From assembly GCA_965226885.1 (NCBI GenBank), contig CBDDEL010000016.1, positions 224,001 to 288,000 on the forward strand: a DNA stretch of 64,000 nt, in the 5' to 3' direction. Position numbers and translations under genes: made by a program. Position 1 is the first letter of the stretch, and every line of letters begins with the position of its first letter. This DNA is from Opitutales bacterium. Its GTDB lineage: Bacteria; Verrucomicrobiota; Verrucomicrobiia; Opitutales; UBA2987. Of the stretch, positions 47,277-58,646 are shown one piece after another. The notes beneath the pieces are model-generated. The model was not told the origin of the DNA, ran no database searches, and was given only the letters and a program-made list of their open reading frames with translations.

Positions 47277-48830
47277 TTAATCTGGATTTTGTCCGGTCCG
47301 AGCCGATCCGGCGAGAGCTTTTCCGGTAAGATAAGCGCAAAAGGCAACCAGAAATCCTATGAACCAGGCGAAATTGTAGATGCCCAGGAAAAAGGAGGGA
47401 ATGCTTTCCACAGGCGCCAAATTCACTTTGGCCAAAAAGCCGGGCACGTTGGGAATTATACCGATAGCCAAAGCGGCAAATGCGGTCAGGCTGAAGCCTG
47501 CTGTGTAGCGGTATTCGCCCATCGGTTTGTAAAGCTCTATCACTTTAATGCGCTGACGGCGGTGCACGAAATAATCGGCGATCATTATCCCGCCTATGGG
47601 GCCGAGCAGAGCGCTGTAGCCAATCATCCAGCCGTCGATGTATCGATCGGCGTTTTCCAGGATTTTCCAGGGGAAGATGCATAATCCGATACCCCCGGCA
47701 ATAAGAGCGCCCTTGCGGAAGCTGATGCGGCGCGGCCAGAGGTTGGAAAAATCGTTGGCCGGGGAAACGATGTTGGCCGCAATATTGGTGGACAGGGTCG
47801 CCACGGTAAGGGTGATGAGGCCGAAAATGACCAAACCAGTATTGTCAAAACGGGCCATCAACTCGACTGGATTCCAGATCGCCTCGCCATAAACGACCAC
47901 CGTGGCGCTGGTCACAATAGCTCCGATGCCGGAATAAAAGGCCATCGTCAGGGGCAGCCCGAGGGTCTGCCCGATGATTTGATCCCGCTGGGAACGGGCG
48001 AAGCGGGAAAAGTCCGGAATGTTCAGCGACAAGGTGGCCCAAAAACCAACCATGGCAGTGAGACCGGCGGCAAAGGCATCAAAAAATTCACCGCGGGTGG
48101 CAAACTTGTCCTCCATTTCCAAAAGGGGGCCGAATCCGTCGGCCACCTGATAGGCCCAGACCAGCAATCCCAACCCGATGGCCAGAAGAAACGGCGCGCT
48201 CAGATTCTCCAGCCATTTGATGCACTCCATGCCCTTGAGGATGACGGCAATATTCATGACCCAGAAGATGAGAAAACAGGTGAGTTGACCGGCAGATATG
48301 CCCAAAAAGGGCAAAATTACCTTCTCGGCCGGATCGAAACCCAACAACAAGGCGGCCACGATGTAAATGGCAGAGCCTCCAATCCAAGTTTGGATGCCGA
48401 ACCATCCGCAAGCCACCAGCCCACGCATGATAGCCGGAACATTGGCCCCCCACACCCCAAAGGAAGAGCGCAGTAAAACGGGAAAGGGAATCCCATAGGC
48501 GGTGCCGGGGCAGGCGTTCAGGGTCATCGGTATGAGGACAATTAAATTTCCCAAAAAAACGGTCGCAATGGCTTGCTTCCAGTTCATGCCCCGGGCCATC
48601 AGACCGCTGGCCAGGGTATAGGTCGGGATGCTCACCGACATGGCGATCCAGAGCGCCGCGATATTCCACTGAGTCCATGTCCGGTCAACGCTGCGGATCG
48701 GCCCCAAGTCCTGGTTGAAGAGATTGGTTTCGCGGACTGCGGCCAGGTCTTCGAGGGAGGTTTCGGTTTTTTCAATCAGTTTCACGGGGAAGCTTTCGGA
48801 CAGGGCAGCGCCGGCAGCCGATATCCCCAC
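47277..48830 (-). CDS. NCS1 nucleobase:cation symporter
   Basis: [36 protein letters not shown]. Confidence 0.93.
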   Translation of the reverse strand: MGISAAGAALSESFPVKLIEKTETSLEDLAAVRETNLFNQDLGPIRSVDRTWTQWNIAALWIAMSVSIPTYTLASGLMARGMNWKQAIATVFLGNLIVLIPMTLNACPGTAYGIPFPVLLRSSFGVWGANVPAIMRGLVACGWFGIQTWIGGSAIYIVAALLLGFDPAEKVILPFLGISAGQLTCFLIFWVMNIAVILKGMECIKWLENLSAPFLLAIGLGLLVWAYQVADGFGPLLEMEDKFATRGEFFDAFAAGLTAMVGFWATLSLNIPDFSRFARSQRDQIIGQTLGLPLTMAFYSGIGAIVTSATVVVYGEAIWNPVELMARFDNTGLVIFGLITLTVATLSTNIAANIVSPANDFSNLWPRRISFRKGALIAGGIGLCIFPWKILENADRYIDGWMIGYSALLGPIGGIMIADYFVHRRQRIKVIELYKPMGEYRYTAGFSLTAFAALAIGIIPNVPGFLAKVNLAPVESIPSFFLGIYNFAWFIGFLVAFCAYLTGKALAGSARTGQNPD

Positions 48831-49225
48831 AAACTAGAAGCGGCGGGAAGCGGGGCAAGGATAAAGAACGGCTTGGCTCTTACGGGATTAAGCCGGCTTT
48901 TCATCGGAGGAGGCAAGCAACCGGTAAATATCCATTTCATCTTTGCCTTTGACAGAGATTTTCCCGAGGGATGCGCCGGGAAACTTTCCATCCGTTTGCC
49001 GCCAGGCTGTTTCGCTCAGATTGACCGCCCCAACGGCGCCGTGCTGCTCGATCCTGGCGGCAGTATTTACGGTATCGCCCCAAATATCGTAAAGGTATTG
49101 CTGATTGCCCACCACCCCGGCCACCACCGGCCCCACATGAATGCCCACTCGTACCTGCCAGCCGGCCTTCAGGGTAGGCACCCCGGCGACCATTTCCAGA
49201 CCCGCCCGGACACAGTTGAATACAG

Positions 49226-50027
49226 GGTAGTGTATAAAAAAAGAATGTTATTTTGTATTTTTAGCTGTACAAATAGCGTTAGGCATTTTATTTTTAGTGC
49301 ATGGTTACTAAAATTATTAATTGTCGGCACTGTGGAAGTGAAAATATCATTAAATTTGGCAAGACGCCCAACCATAAACAGCGCTACCGCTGCCATGATT
49401 GTGGTAAACAAAGCCGCGAAAACCCCACAGTGAAATACACCGAAGAGCAAAAAGAAATGATCCTTCGAGTCTATCAGGAACGCAGCAGTCTACGCGGTTT
49501 ACAGCGCGCCTTCGGGGTGAGTCCCAACACCGTTTTGAGTTGGTTAAAAAAAACGACAATCGCTGCGACCGCTCAAAAGCACGATTCTTGCGGCCCGCCG
49601 CCATGATGTCATTGAACTGGACGAACTGTGGTCTTTTGTGGGGCGCAAGAGCGATGCCCAATGGGTTTGGATCGCTCTTTGCCGACGCACCCGTCAAATC
49701 CTCTCCTATGCCATTGGGCCTCGGGATTGGTATCGTTGCCGGGAACTTTACGAGCGTCTGCCACGGGCCTACAAAAGATGTGCCACCTACAGCGACTTTT
49801 GGAGCACTTATGATGAAGTCTTTCCTCATAACCGATCCGTGGGAAAAGAAACCGGTGAAACGGCCCATGTGGAACGATGGAACAATACCCTGCGCCAACG
49901 ACTGGGTCGTTTCACACGCAAAACCCTCTCCTTTTCCAAGCTTAAGAGTATGCATGAAACCTGTCTGAGACTTTTCATTCATCAATATAATCAAGAATTA
50001 GCCACCATTCCTACTTAATACACTACC
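49226..50027 (+). mobile_element. IS1-family element
   Basis: IR GGTAGTGTAT; perfect 8-bp TSD GAATACAG (49218-49225 / 50028-50035). Confidence 0.95.
49301..50018 (+). CDS. IS1 transposase InsA/InsB (frameshifted)
   Basis: CRHCGS, YRCHDC, A8C slippery run at ~49545, ERWNNTLRQRL. Confidence 0.9.
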
Positions 50028-50811
50028 GAATACAGGCGCATCCTCTTCATGGAGCAGACCGCAGGTGGCCATGAAAGAATCGCCGATGGTTTTCAGCTTT
50101 TGCAAACCGTGGCTGGTGGCGATGGTTTCGAGCATCACGACCATCTCCTGCAAATGGGATACCACCGATTCCGGATCCAGCGATTCACAGTATTGGGTAA
50201 ATCCGGCCACGTCGCAAAAGATGACGGCCACATCATCGTGCCGCTGGGGTTTTACCTCGCCCGTATTCTTCAATTCGAGAACGACTTCGCCGGGGAAAAT
50301 CGCATGCAGCAGTTCATCGGCTCGTTTCTTTTCTTCCTCAATCCTGACAAGGTAATTTTTTTCCCGATCCTGCATCCGCTTCTTGTCCAGAGTTGTTTCG
50401 AGCCTGGCCCTGAGCAAAATCGGTTCAAATGGCTTGTGTAGGTAATCCACAGCCCCCTTATGAATGCAGCGCACCACGCTCGACATCTCTCCTAACCCCG
50501 ATATGACAATGACGGGAATGTTGCGCAGCTTAGGGCTTGCCTTCATCCGGTCGAGAACGACATAGCCATCCATTTCCGGCATAACGATATCCAGCAGGAC
50601 CAAATCCGGCGGCGTCTTCTCCATGAAATCCAGCGCAGCCTTCCCGCCTTCCGCCATGACCGCATCGTAACCAAGAATAACACACAGGTCCCGCAGGGAC
50701 TCGCGGCTCAAATCCATGTCATCGACAATCAGTATGGTTGGCAGCTTTTTCATGGTGAATGCCGATGGATTGTAGCGAGGGGATTCCCCTAGACAGATGC
50801 AAGAGACAATG

Positions 50812-50853
50812 CCCGGGCTTTGTCGCCTACTCCCCGGGCTTTGTCGCCTACTC
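50812..50853. repeat. 21-bp perfect tandem duplication
   Basis: CCCGGGCTTTGTCGCCTACTC x2. Confidence 0.95.
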
Positions 50854-50906
50854 TGAGAAAAAATATAACACTCTGTCCTCGAATGGCCACACCATGTTAC
50901 AATTCA

Positions 50907-51371
50907 TCAGGTCGGTTCCAAAAAGTCGGAAAGGCTCTCATTGGAATCCCGCACATGCTCACAGAGGAAACACGCCAACCCTTTCAACAATATTACGCCG
51001 ATAACGGGGTGCTCCTCAACTACTTGCTCAAAACCCTTTTTGTTCAGGGACAGGACTGAAGATTGGGTAACGGCGGTGACCGACGCGGAACGTGGCAGAT
51101 CGTCGATGATGGAAATTTCGCCGCAGGAATGGCCCGGCCCCAGGGAAGCCAATTTAACCTCCTCCTCCCAATCGGATTGCATAGTCACATCAAGTTCGCC
51201 ATCAATGATGAAATATACCGAATCTCCGGGATCGCCCTCCTCGAAAACCACTTCTCCGGGATCAAAAACATGCCCCTCGACATGCTCCGATACAATTTCC
51301 AATTGCTCCTCATTGAGGCCTCTGAAGAACTGCAAGCCCTTCAACCGTTCGATTATTTGGTTATCAGACAT
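50907..51371 (-). CDS. standalone cyclic nucleotide-binding domain protein
   Basis: FEEGDPGD..YFI..G, GEISIID..PRSASV. Confidence 0.9.
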   Translation of the reverse strand: MSDNQIIERLKGLQFFRGLNEEQLEIVSEHVEGHVFDPGEVVFEEGDPGDSVYFIIDGELDVTMQSDWEEEVKLASLGPGHSCGEISIIDDLPRSASVTAVTQSSVLSLNKKGFEQVVEEHPVIGVILLKGLACFLCEHVRDSNESLSDFLEPT

Positions 51372-51456
51372 GGTGTTGCCTTAAAGTATTCCAACGACCC
51401 AACCGAATGCAAGATAAATTCTTCAGGTAAAACGGGCCTCTCAAACGATATTAATT

Positions 51457-52545
51457 TCAATCAATGGCTGGGGAATTCAAACGGCGGGGTAATTGCTTTA
51501 TTAATTTTTCTCTCAATCGCCGCAAAGTGGTTTCGGTTTCCGCCCAGCCGAGGCAGGGATCGGTGATGGAAACTCCGTAGCGCAGTTGGGCAAGATCCCC
51601 GGGCAGGGTCTGGCTGCCAACGCTCAGGTGGCTCTCAAGCATAAACCCGACGATGGAGCGGTTTCCATTCAATATTTGCCGAGCGATTTCCTCCATTACC
51701 TCCAATTGCCGGGCTGGGTCCTTACCGGAATTGGCATGACTGCAATCGACCATGATATTGGGCGGCAAACCGGCCCGCCCCAGAGACTGCTCGCATTCGG
51801 CGATGCTTTCGGAATTGTAATTGGGTTTCTCACTACCGCCCCGCAGAACGATGTGGGTATGCGGGTTCCCCTTGGTGCGAACGACGGCCACGCGCCCGGC
51901 GGGATCGACGCTCAGAAAATTGTTGCTTCCGGCCGCCGCGTGCATGGCGTTTATGGCCACATCCAGGCTGCCGCCTGTGCCATTCTTAAACCCCACCGCG
52001 GAAGTAAATCCGCTGGCCATCTTACGGTGCGTTTGAGACTCGGTCGTGCGGGCGCCGATAGCGTTCCAGGAAATAAGATCCTGAACGTATTGGGGAGAAA
52101 CCAGGTCGAGGGCTTCACCGGCCACGGGCAGACCCAGTTCGGCCAGTTCCAGGAGGAGCCCGCGGGCCAGTTTGAGGCCTTCTTCAATCCGGCAGGAATT
52201 GTCCAGAGAGGGATCGTTGATAAACCCCTGCCAGCCAATCCGGGTGCGTGGTTTTTCAAAATAAACCCGCATGATGAGCAACAGGGTGTCCTTCAACTCG
52301 TCCGCCAGATTCTTTAACTTACCGGCATATTCGCGGGCAGCTTTAACGTCATGGATGGAGCATGGGCCGACCACCACGAATAACCGGTGGTCCTTTCGCC
52401 GGAGAATATCTTTAACCGCATTCTGCCCCCCCATGACGGTTTGCACAGCCTTCTCGCTGAGAGGATGCAGCGCCCTCAACTCCAACGGGGTAAGGAGGGC
52501 CTCCTCCTCAAATACATTGATGTTTTCGACCCGCTTGTCGGTCAT
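51457..52545 (-). CDS. DAHP synthase (class I-alpha, AroF/G/H family)
   Basis: VGPCSIHD, RVYFEKPRT, IGARTTESQ, DCSHANS. Confidence 0.95.
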   Translation of the reverse strand: MTDKRVENINVFEEEALLTPLELRALHPLSEKAVQTVMGGQNAVKDILRRKDHRLFVVVGPCSIHDVKAAREYAGKLKNLADELKDTLLLIMRVYFEKPRTRIGWQGFINDPSLDNSCRIEEGLKLARGLLLELAELGLPVAGEALDLVSPQYVQDLISWNAIGARTTESQTHRKMASGFTSAVGFKNGTGGSLDVAINAMHAAAGSNNFLSVDPAGRVAVVRTKGNPHTHIVLRGGSEKPNYNSESIAECEQSLGRAGLPPNIMVDCSHANSGKDPARQLEVMEEIARQILNGNRSIVGFMLESHLSVGSQTLPGDLAQLRYGVSITDPCLGWAETETTLRRLREKLIKQLPRRLNSPAID

Positions 52546-53981
52546 TACTGTGGGAGGATAAAATGCTCCATAAAAGCATCAACTGGTAATCGATCGAGTC
52601 GTTTTGGTTCGGAAAAAAGCTGGAGAATGGCATCCGTTTTTTCGTCCGGGAAATGTGCCCCCAAATGAGTCTCAAACTTTTCCAGAAGCAGTGGGATGCC
52701 CTCTTTGCGCCGTCGGCGGTGGCCGATGGGATAATAGACCGCGACTCTCTCGGTGCGGGAACCGTCCTTGAAATGAACCGTCAGGGCATTGCCGATGGAG
52801 CGTTTTTCGGGATCGAGGTATTCGCGGCTGAAACGCTCGTTTTCCCGCACCGCCATCTTATCCCGGAGGGCGTCGATGCGGGGGTCGGCGGCGGCTTCAT
52901 CCTCGTAGTGGTCGGCCGTCAGGTTCCCATGCAGCAGCACAATAGCAATCATGTACTGGAGGCAATGATCACGGTCCGCCGGATTGTCCAGGGGACCGGT
53001 TTTGTCGATGATGCGAACGCCCGCTTCCTGCGTTTCAACCTCGATTTTCTCAATTTCATCGAGCCGCGAAATAATCTGTGGGTGCAGCGTGCAGGCCGCC
53101 TCTACAGCCGTTTGGGCGTGAAATTCGGCCGGGAAGGAGATTTTGAAAAGCACGTTCTCCATCACATAACTGCCGTAACCACGAGTGAAAGCCAGTTCTT
53201 TGCCCTTGAAAAGAACATCTTGAAAACCCCAGCCGGGAGCGCTCAGGGCGGTCGGGTAACCCATTTCTCCAGACAAGGTGATCAAGCCCAGGCGAACGGC
53301 GCGGCTGGTGGCGTCCCCCGCCGCCCAGGATTTGCGGGAGCCGGTGTTGGGAGCGTGGCGGTAGGCGCGCAGGGCACCGCCGTCGATCCAGGCATGGGAA
53401 ACGGCGTTGACGATATCGTCGCGGTTTCCGCCAAGCAGCGAAGTGACCACGGCCGTGCTGGCGACTCGCACCAGCAGGACATGATCCAGCCCCACGCGGT
53501 TGAAGGAATTTTCGAGGGCAATCACCCCCTGGATTTCGTGGGCTTTTATGGAAGCGGTCAGGATATCGCGCACGGTGTAGGCGGCTTTCCCCTGGCGGCA
53601 CATGTAATCGGCCGTGGCCAGAATACCACCCAGGTTGTCCGAAGGATGCCCCCATTCCGCCGCCAGCCAGGTGTCGTTGTAGTCGAGCCAACGAATCATG
53701 CATCCGATATTAAAGGCCGCCTGCACCGGATCGAGTTCGTAACTCGTTCCCGGAACCCGCGCCCCCCCCGGCAATTCCGCCCCAGAAACGACCGGCCCCA
53801 GCAATTTCGTGCAGGCTGGAAATTTCAGGGCTAGAAAACCGCAGCCCAGGCTGTCCATGAGGCAGAAACGGGCGGTCTCGTAGGCATCCGGGCTGTCGAT
53901 TTCGGTCGCCGCCACATAATCGGCAATATCGACCAGGATACGCTCCGGTGTAGGGCGTTGCGCAGATTTAATCAAGCTCAT
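52545..53981 (-). CDS. prpD: 2-methylcitrate dehydratase
   Basis: [36 protein letters not shown]. Confidence 0.96.
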   Translation of the reverse strand: MSLIKSAQRPTPERILVDIADYVAATEIDSPDAYETARFCLMDSLGCGFLALKFPACTKLLGPVVSGAELPGGARVPGTSYELDPVQAAFNIGCMIRWLDYNDTWLAAEWGHPSDNLGGILATADYMCRQGKAAYTVRDILTASIKAHEIQGVIALENSFNRVGLDHVLLVRVASTAVVTSLLGGNRDDIVNAVSHAWIDGGALRAYRHAPNTGSRKSWAAGDATSRAVRLGLITLSGEMGYPTALSAPGWGFQDVLFKGKELAFTRGYGSYVMENVLFKISFPAEFHAQTAVEAACTLHPQIISRLDEIEKIEVETQEAGVRIIDKTGPLDNPADRDHCLQYMIAIVLLHGNLTADHYEDEAAADPRIDALRDKMAVRENERFSREYLDPEKRSIGNALTVHFKDGSRTERVAVYYPIGHRRRRKEGIPLLLEKFETHLGAHFPDEKTDAILQLFSEPKRLDRLPVDAFMEHFILPQ

Positions 53982-53992
53982 GTTCCTCTGCC

Positions 53993-55117
53993 TCAGGCCG
54001 AGCGTTCCGTCATGGGAAGGTAGGGCCTTTTTTCCGGCCCCGTATATTCGGCGCTGGGGCGAATGATCCGGCCGCTGGCGCGCTGCTCGAAAACGTGGGA
54101 AGCCCAGCCGGAAACGCGCGACAGGACAAAGATGGGCGTAAACATGGGCGTCGGGATGCCCATCATGTGGTAGGACGAAGCACTAAAGAAATCCGCGTTG
54201 GGGAACATGCGTTTCTCCCGCATCATAACGGCCTCGATGCGCTCGGAAATTTTATAAAGGCGGGTGTCGCCCGCTTCCTCGCTCAGTTTCAGCGACCAGC
54301 TCTTGATGATGTCGGAACGCGGATCGTTTTCCGTATAGACGGGATGGCCGAAACCCATGAATTTCTCCTTTTTGGCCAGCCCTTCCATGACGCCACGCTC
54401 GGCATCATCGGCGTCCTGGAAACGTTCGATCAACACCATCGCTTTCTCGTTGGCTCCACCGTGCAAAGGTCCCCGCAGGGTGCCGATGCCGGTGGTGATG
54501 GCGGAGTGGATGTCGGACATGGTGGAGGTCGTTATGCGGGAGGCAAAAGTCGAGGCGTTGAACTCATGCTCCGCATAGAGAATGAGGGAAACATCCATAG
54601 CCCGAGCCATAGTCGCTCCCGCAGGCGTGCCATGCAGCAGGTGGAGAAAATGAGTGGCAATGGAGTCGTCATTCGTTTCCACCTTGATGCGCCGCCCTTC
54701 CCTGCTGTAATGATACCAGTAGGCCAGCATTGAGGGCAGACTGGCCAGCAGGCGCATCGTCGCCGGGAGTTGCTCATCGAAGGAGGTTTCCGGCTCCAGG
54801 CATCCAAGGGCTGAACACCCGGTGCGGAGGACTTCCATGGGATTGGCCGCGGCGGGCAAATTTTCCAGGATCGTTTTGAGACCGGCAGGCAAACCGCGCC
54901 TGCTTTTCAGATCGGCATTGAAAGCGGCTAGCTCGCCGGCCATCGGCAAACGGCCCTCAAGGAGGAGATAGGCCACCTCTTCAAAAGTGGAGTGTTCAGC
55001 CAGATCTTCGATCGTGTAACCTCGATAGGTGAGGCCCTTGCCTTCCTTACCGACGGTGGCAATGGTGGTTTCACCGGCAATGACGCCGGACATTTGGACC
55101 GCTTTTTTTGCGCTCAT
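53993..55117 (-). CDS. prpC: 2-methylcitrate synthase
   Basis: [28 protein letters not shown]; lies between prpB and prpD. Confidence 0.95.
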   Translation of the reverse strand: MSAKKAVQMSGVIAGETTIATVGKEGKGLTYRGYTIEDLAEHSTFEEVAYLLLEGRLPMAGELAAFNADLKSRRGLPAGLKTILENLPAAANPMEVLRTGCSALGCLEPETSFDEQLPATMRLLASLPSMLAYWYHYSREGRRIKVETNDDSIATHFLHLLHGTPAGATMARAMDVSLILYAEHEFNASTFASRITTSTMSDIHSAITTGIGTLRGPLHGGANEKAMVLIERFQDADDAERGVMEGLAKKEKFMGFGHPVYTENDPRSDIIKSWSLKLSEEAGDTRLYKISERIEAVMMREKRMFPNADFFSASSYHMMGIPTPMFTPIFVLSRVSGWASHVFEQRASGRIIRPSAEYTGPEKRPYLPMTERSA

Positions 55118-56007
55118 GATTTTTCCTTTTGTTTCTCAAACAGTGCGTTCAGTTTTTCCTCGAAAGCGTGGTAATCGAGGACTTCATAAAGTTCTTGCCG
55201 GGTCTGCATCAGGTTGAGGACATCTTTTTGCGTTCCCTGATCCCGAATGGCGGAATAAACATTTACCGCCGCCGCGCTCATGGCCCGAAATGCGGAAAGC
55301 GGGTAGAGGGTCATGCGAACCCCCACGGAGCGCATCTGCTCCAGAGTGAAAAGGGGCGTTTGCCCAAATTCCGTCAGGTTGGCTAGGACTGGAACGGAGA
55401 CCGCCTCCGTAAATTGCCGGTATTCATCCTGGTTGGTGAGCGCTTCGGCAAATATCATATCGGCCCCCGCTTCGATGTAGAGCCGGCACCTTTCGATTGC
55501 GGATGCGAGCCCCTCCGAAGCCACGGCGTCGGTCCGCGCCATGATGACAAATGCGGGGTCCGTGCGGGCATCCATGGCGGAGAGAATTCGGTCCGCCATT
55601 TCGCTGGCCGAAACCAGTTCCTTGCCCGGACGGTGGCCGCATCGCTTGGCTTGCACCTGGTCCTCGATATGCATTCCGGCCGCTCCCGCTTTGGTCATTT
55701 CGCGAACCGTGCGGGCGATCATAAATGCCCCTCCCCAGCCGGTGTCTGCATCGACCAGCAGCGGCAATGATGTGGCGGCGGTGATGCGCCGGATGTCCTC
55801 GACCACATCCTGCAAGGTGGTCACCCCGAGATCGGGCAGCCCATGGGAAGAATTGGCCACCCCCGCGCCCGATAAATAGAGCGCGCGAAAACCGGCCCTT
55901 TGCGCTAAAAGGGCACTGAATGCATTAACGGCGCCGACTATTTGAAGAGGATTTTCTTCTTCCAGAGCGGCCCGGAAACGATTACCGGCAGTGGGTTGAT
56001 TGCTCAT
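55114..56007 (-). CDS. prpB: 2-methylisocitrate lyase
   Basis: [27 protein letters not shown]. Confidence 0.96.
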   Translation of the reverse strand: MSNQPTAGNRFRAALEEENPLQIVGAVNAFSALLAQRAGFRALYLSGAGVANSSHGLPDLGVTTLQDVVEDIRRITAATSLPLLVDADTGWGGAFMIARTVREMTKAGAAGMHIEDQVQAKRCGHRPGKELVSASEMADRILSAMDARTDPAFVIMARTDAVASEGLASAIERCRLYIEAGADMIFAEALTNQDEYRQFTEAVSVPVLANLTEFGQTPLFTLEQMRSVGVRMTLYPLSAFRAMSAAAVNVYSAIRDQGTQKDVLNLMQTRQELYEVLDYHAFEEKLNALFEKQKEKS

Positions 56008-56071
56008 GCCAATAGAAAAACAAACAATTTACGGTCTATTACAGTGTTGAGGCAAGAGCTTTGCGGAAAAA

Positions 56072-58411
56072 TCAAACGGCCAGGGCTCTGTGGCAGGCTT
56101 CCAGAATGGAGGAAAGGCCTATCCCGTATTCCCGGTAAACGTCCTCCAATGAGCCCGATTGACCAACTTCATCCACCCCCAAAGGAGTGACGCGGGCCCC
56201 CAGGGCGCTGCCGATCCAGGCCAGGGAATGAGGATGGCCGTCGATCAAAGTGACAATGGGGTCGGTTCTGCTCTCCGGCGGCAAAATATCGGCCAAAATT
56301 TCATTCCTGCGGGAGGGGTCTTCAGAGCAAGCCTGAAAATGCCGGTAGAGCGGCCCCGGCCCGGTCACATTGATGATATTGGCAAATTTCTCTTCTTCGC
56401 GCAGCAGCCGGGATGCCTCGATCGCATCCGGAACCAGCGCCCCGCAGGCGAAAAGGTTGATCGTGTTGCGCCCGTGTTGGCATTTTTCCTCGGCGAATCG
56501 ATCCACCATCAAGTAAGCGCCTTGCAGGACCTGCCTGCGCAGGGCCTCCGGTTCTTCCAGCAACGGGAAAAGACTCTGGTCCACCGGCTTGGTCGTCAGC
56601 CGGATATAAGTGGATTGACCGCGTTGGCGGATTTTCTCCAGGGCATCCATGATGATCCATTCCAGTTCCTGGCCGAAACACGGTTCATAGGCCGAGAGTT
56701 GCGGCATTTCCATGCCGATGGAGGGGGTCAGGATCGATTGATGGGCTCCGCCCTCGCCGCACAGGGTCAGGCCGGAGGGAGTGCCGACTGTAATGAAACG
56801 GGAACCGGAATAAATGGCATAGAAAAAGGCGTCCAGGCCCCGCCGCACAAAGGGATCGTAAAGCGTCCCGATAGGGAAAAGAGTCTCCCCGAACATTTCC
56901 CCGGAGAGCCCGAACTGACCCAGGGCCATAAAGAGATTGTTCTCCGAGATGCCCAACTCGATATGCTGGCCGCGCGGTGTTTCCTTCCATTGCAAAACGC
57001 CTTCCTCGGGCGCATCGGGCAGGGGTTCCCGCTCCTCCCGGCGCCACACCTCCATTTTGTTGATCCAACCACCCAGATTGGTGGAACTGGCGACATCCGG
57101 GCTTAAGGTCACAACGCGTCCGGCGATTTCCGGGTATTGGCGGGATAGAGCGGTCAGTATGGTGCCGAAAACCTGCTGGGTGGAACGCCGTCCCCGATGT
57201 TTGCTGGCCAGCTCCGGTCCCAACGGCGGCAAAGTGGCAGGGGTTTGCCCGGCCCGCAATCAAGAGGCCGCCTCGGCGCAAAATCGGCCGGCATCGCTTT
57301 CGGGGTCGAAGCCGGACCACTCCTCCTCTTTTGCTATGCCGAGGGAATTCCTCAATTCTTCCATATGAACCGCGGAGAGGAGCACGGAATGATTATGGGG
57401 ATGGCCGGCCGAGGGCAATTGCCAGCCTTTCATGGTATAGGCAAAAATTACGGAAGGACCCCGGTAGGCATCCACTGCGGAAAATGCGGCCAGAAGTTCT
57501 TCGAAATCGTGCCCGCCGAGATTCCAGAACAGTTTGCGCAATTCGGCATCGCCGTAGCGATCGAGAAAACGGGCCATATCCCGGGGAAACCGGCTTTTTC
57601 GCGGTAGCCAGGTGCGCAGGTCTTCCGTGCCCAGCCGCAACAAGCTCTGATAGGCGTCGTTAGACAATTCGTCGATGCAGCCGCGCAGCAGTTCCCCGTT
57701 GGGTTGGTCGAAGGCCGCCTTGAGGTGTTTGCCGTATTTGACATCGATCACCTTCCGCCCGTTGGCGGCAAACATTTCCCGCCAGCAGCGAACCCGTATG
57801 CCCGGTATGATCCGGTCCAGGCTTTGGCGGTTCAAATCGACTATCCAGAGCAAATCGGCGAGGTCGTTCATGGCCGGTTCGGCCACGGCTTCCCAAACGG
57901 AACCTTCATCCAGCTCGGCGTCTCCCACCAGGCTGATAAAGCGCTCCCCTCCCGAATCATGGGCGGCAAAAGAATGACTACGTAAATAGGCCTGGACGAG
58001 GGCGGCAAAATTGGGGGCGGTGGCCCCAAGCCCGACCGAACCGGTTGAGAAATCCACCGCATCGGGGTCTTTGGTCCGGCTGGGATAGGCTTGCAGTCCG
58101 CCGAACTGGCGCAGGGTTTTGAGGTATTTGGATTCCAGATTGCCGAGCAGAAACTGGATGGCATGAAATACCGGCGAGGCGTGCGGTTTGACGGATACTT
58201 TATCGCCCTTCCGCAGAAAATCGAAGAAAAGAGCCGTCATAATGGTGGCCACCGAGGCGCTCGAAGATTGATGGCCGCCGACTTTAATCCCATCGGCGCT
58301 TTTAAAGGCGGTATTGGCATGGTGGACCATCAAAATGGACAGCCATAACACTTTTTTCTGAATTTCCCGGAGCAGGTCCGATTTTCCGGTCTGGACGGCT
58401 TCAACACTCAT
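56072..58411 (-). pseudogene. homodimeric pyruvate/2-oxoacid dehydrogenase E1 (AceE/transketolase-like) with in-frame TGA
   Basis: KVGGHQ, GDAELDEG, ELGISENN, EGGAHQS; two ORFs in the same frame separated only by TGA at 57260-57262. Confidence 0.8.
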
Positions 58412-58646
58412 GGGAAGAAGGTTTCATCAAACGATTATAAAGCAAAAAACTGTTTCCCGGAAAGGACTGCAATGACGCAAAGATATATAAGATAAGAATT
58501 TGCATTTAACGGGAAAATACTTTCAATATGACATAAATACCATTTTTATTATTCCAAGGTGAAACTTGCAATCGCTGCCGAAAAAAAGTTTTTCCAAAAC
58601 CCTGCTTCGAAACTTGGCGGAAAACACCCGCTAATCTGCATGGATT

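Larger units (their letters stand above)
48888..50753 (-). pseudogene. response regulator-class III adenylate/guanylate cyclase, interrupted by IS1
   Basis: REC domain (LLDIVMP) and cyclase (FCDVAGFT, KTIGD | RVGIHVG, YDIWGDTVNTAAR) rejoin in frame once the IS and one TSD are removed. Confidence 0.9.

Noticed and set aside
50812..50853. CRISPR-like repeats
   Set aside because: Two abutting copies without spacers, and no cas genes in the window.
52653..53834. 393-aa antisense ORF (likewise 26842-27804, 38500-39357, 56159-57106, 60630-61619)
   Set aside because: Shadow ORFs opposite well-supported genes in GC-rich DNA, with no recognisable motifs.
57260..57262. Selenocysteine codon in E1
   Set aside because: The position is a linker rather than a catalytic Cys site, and there is no clear SECIS downstream.
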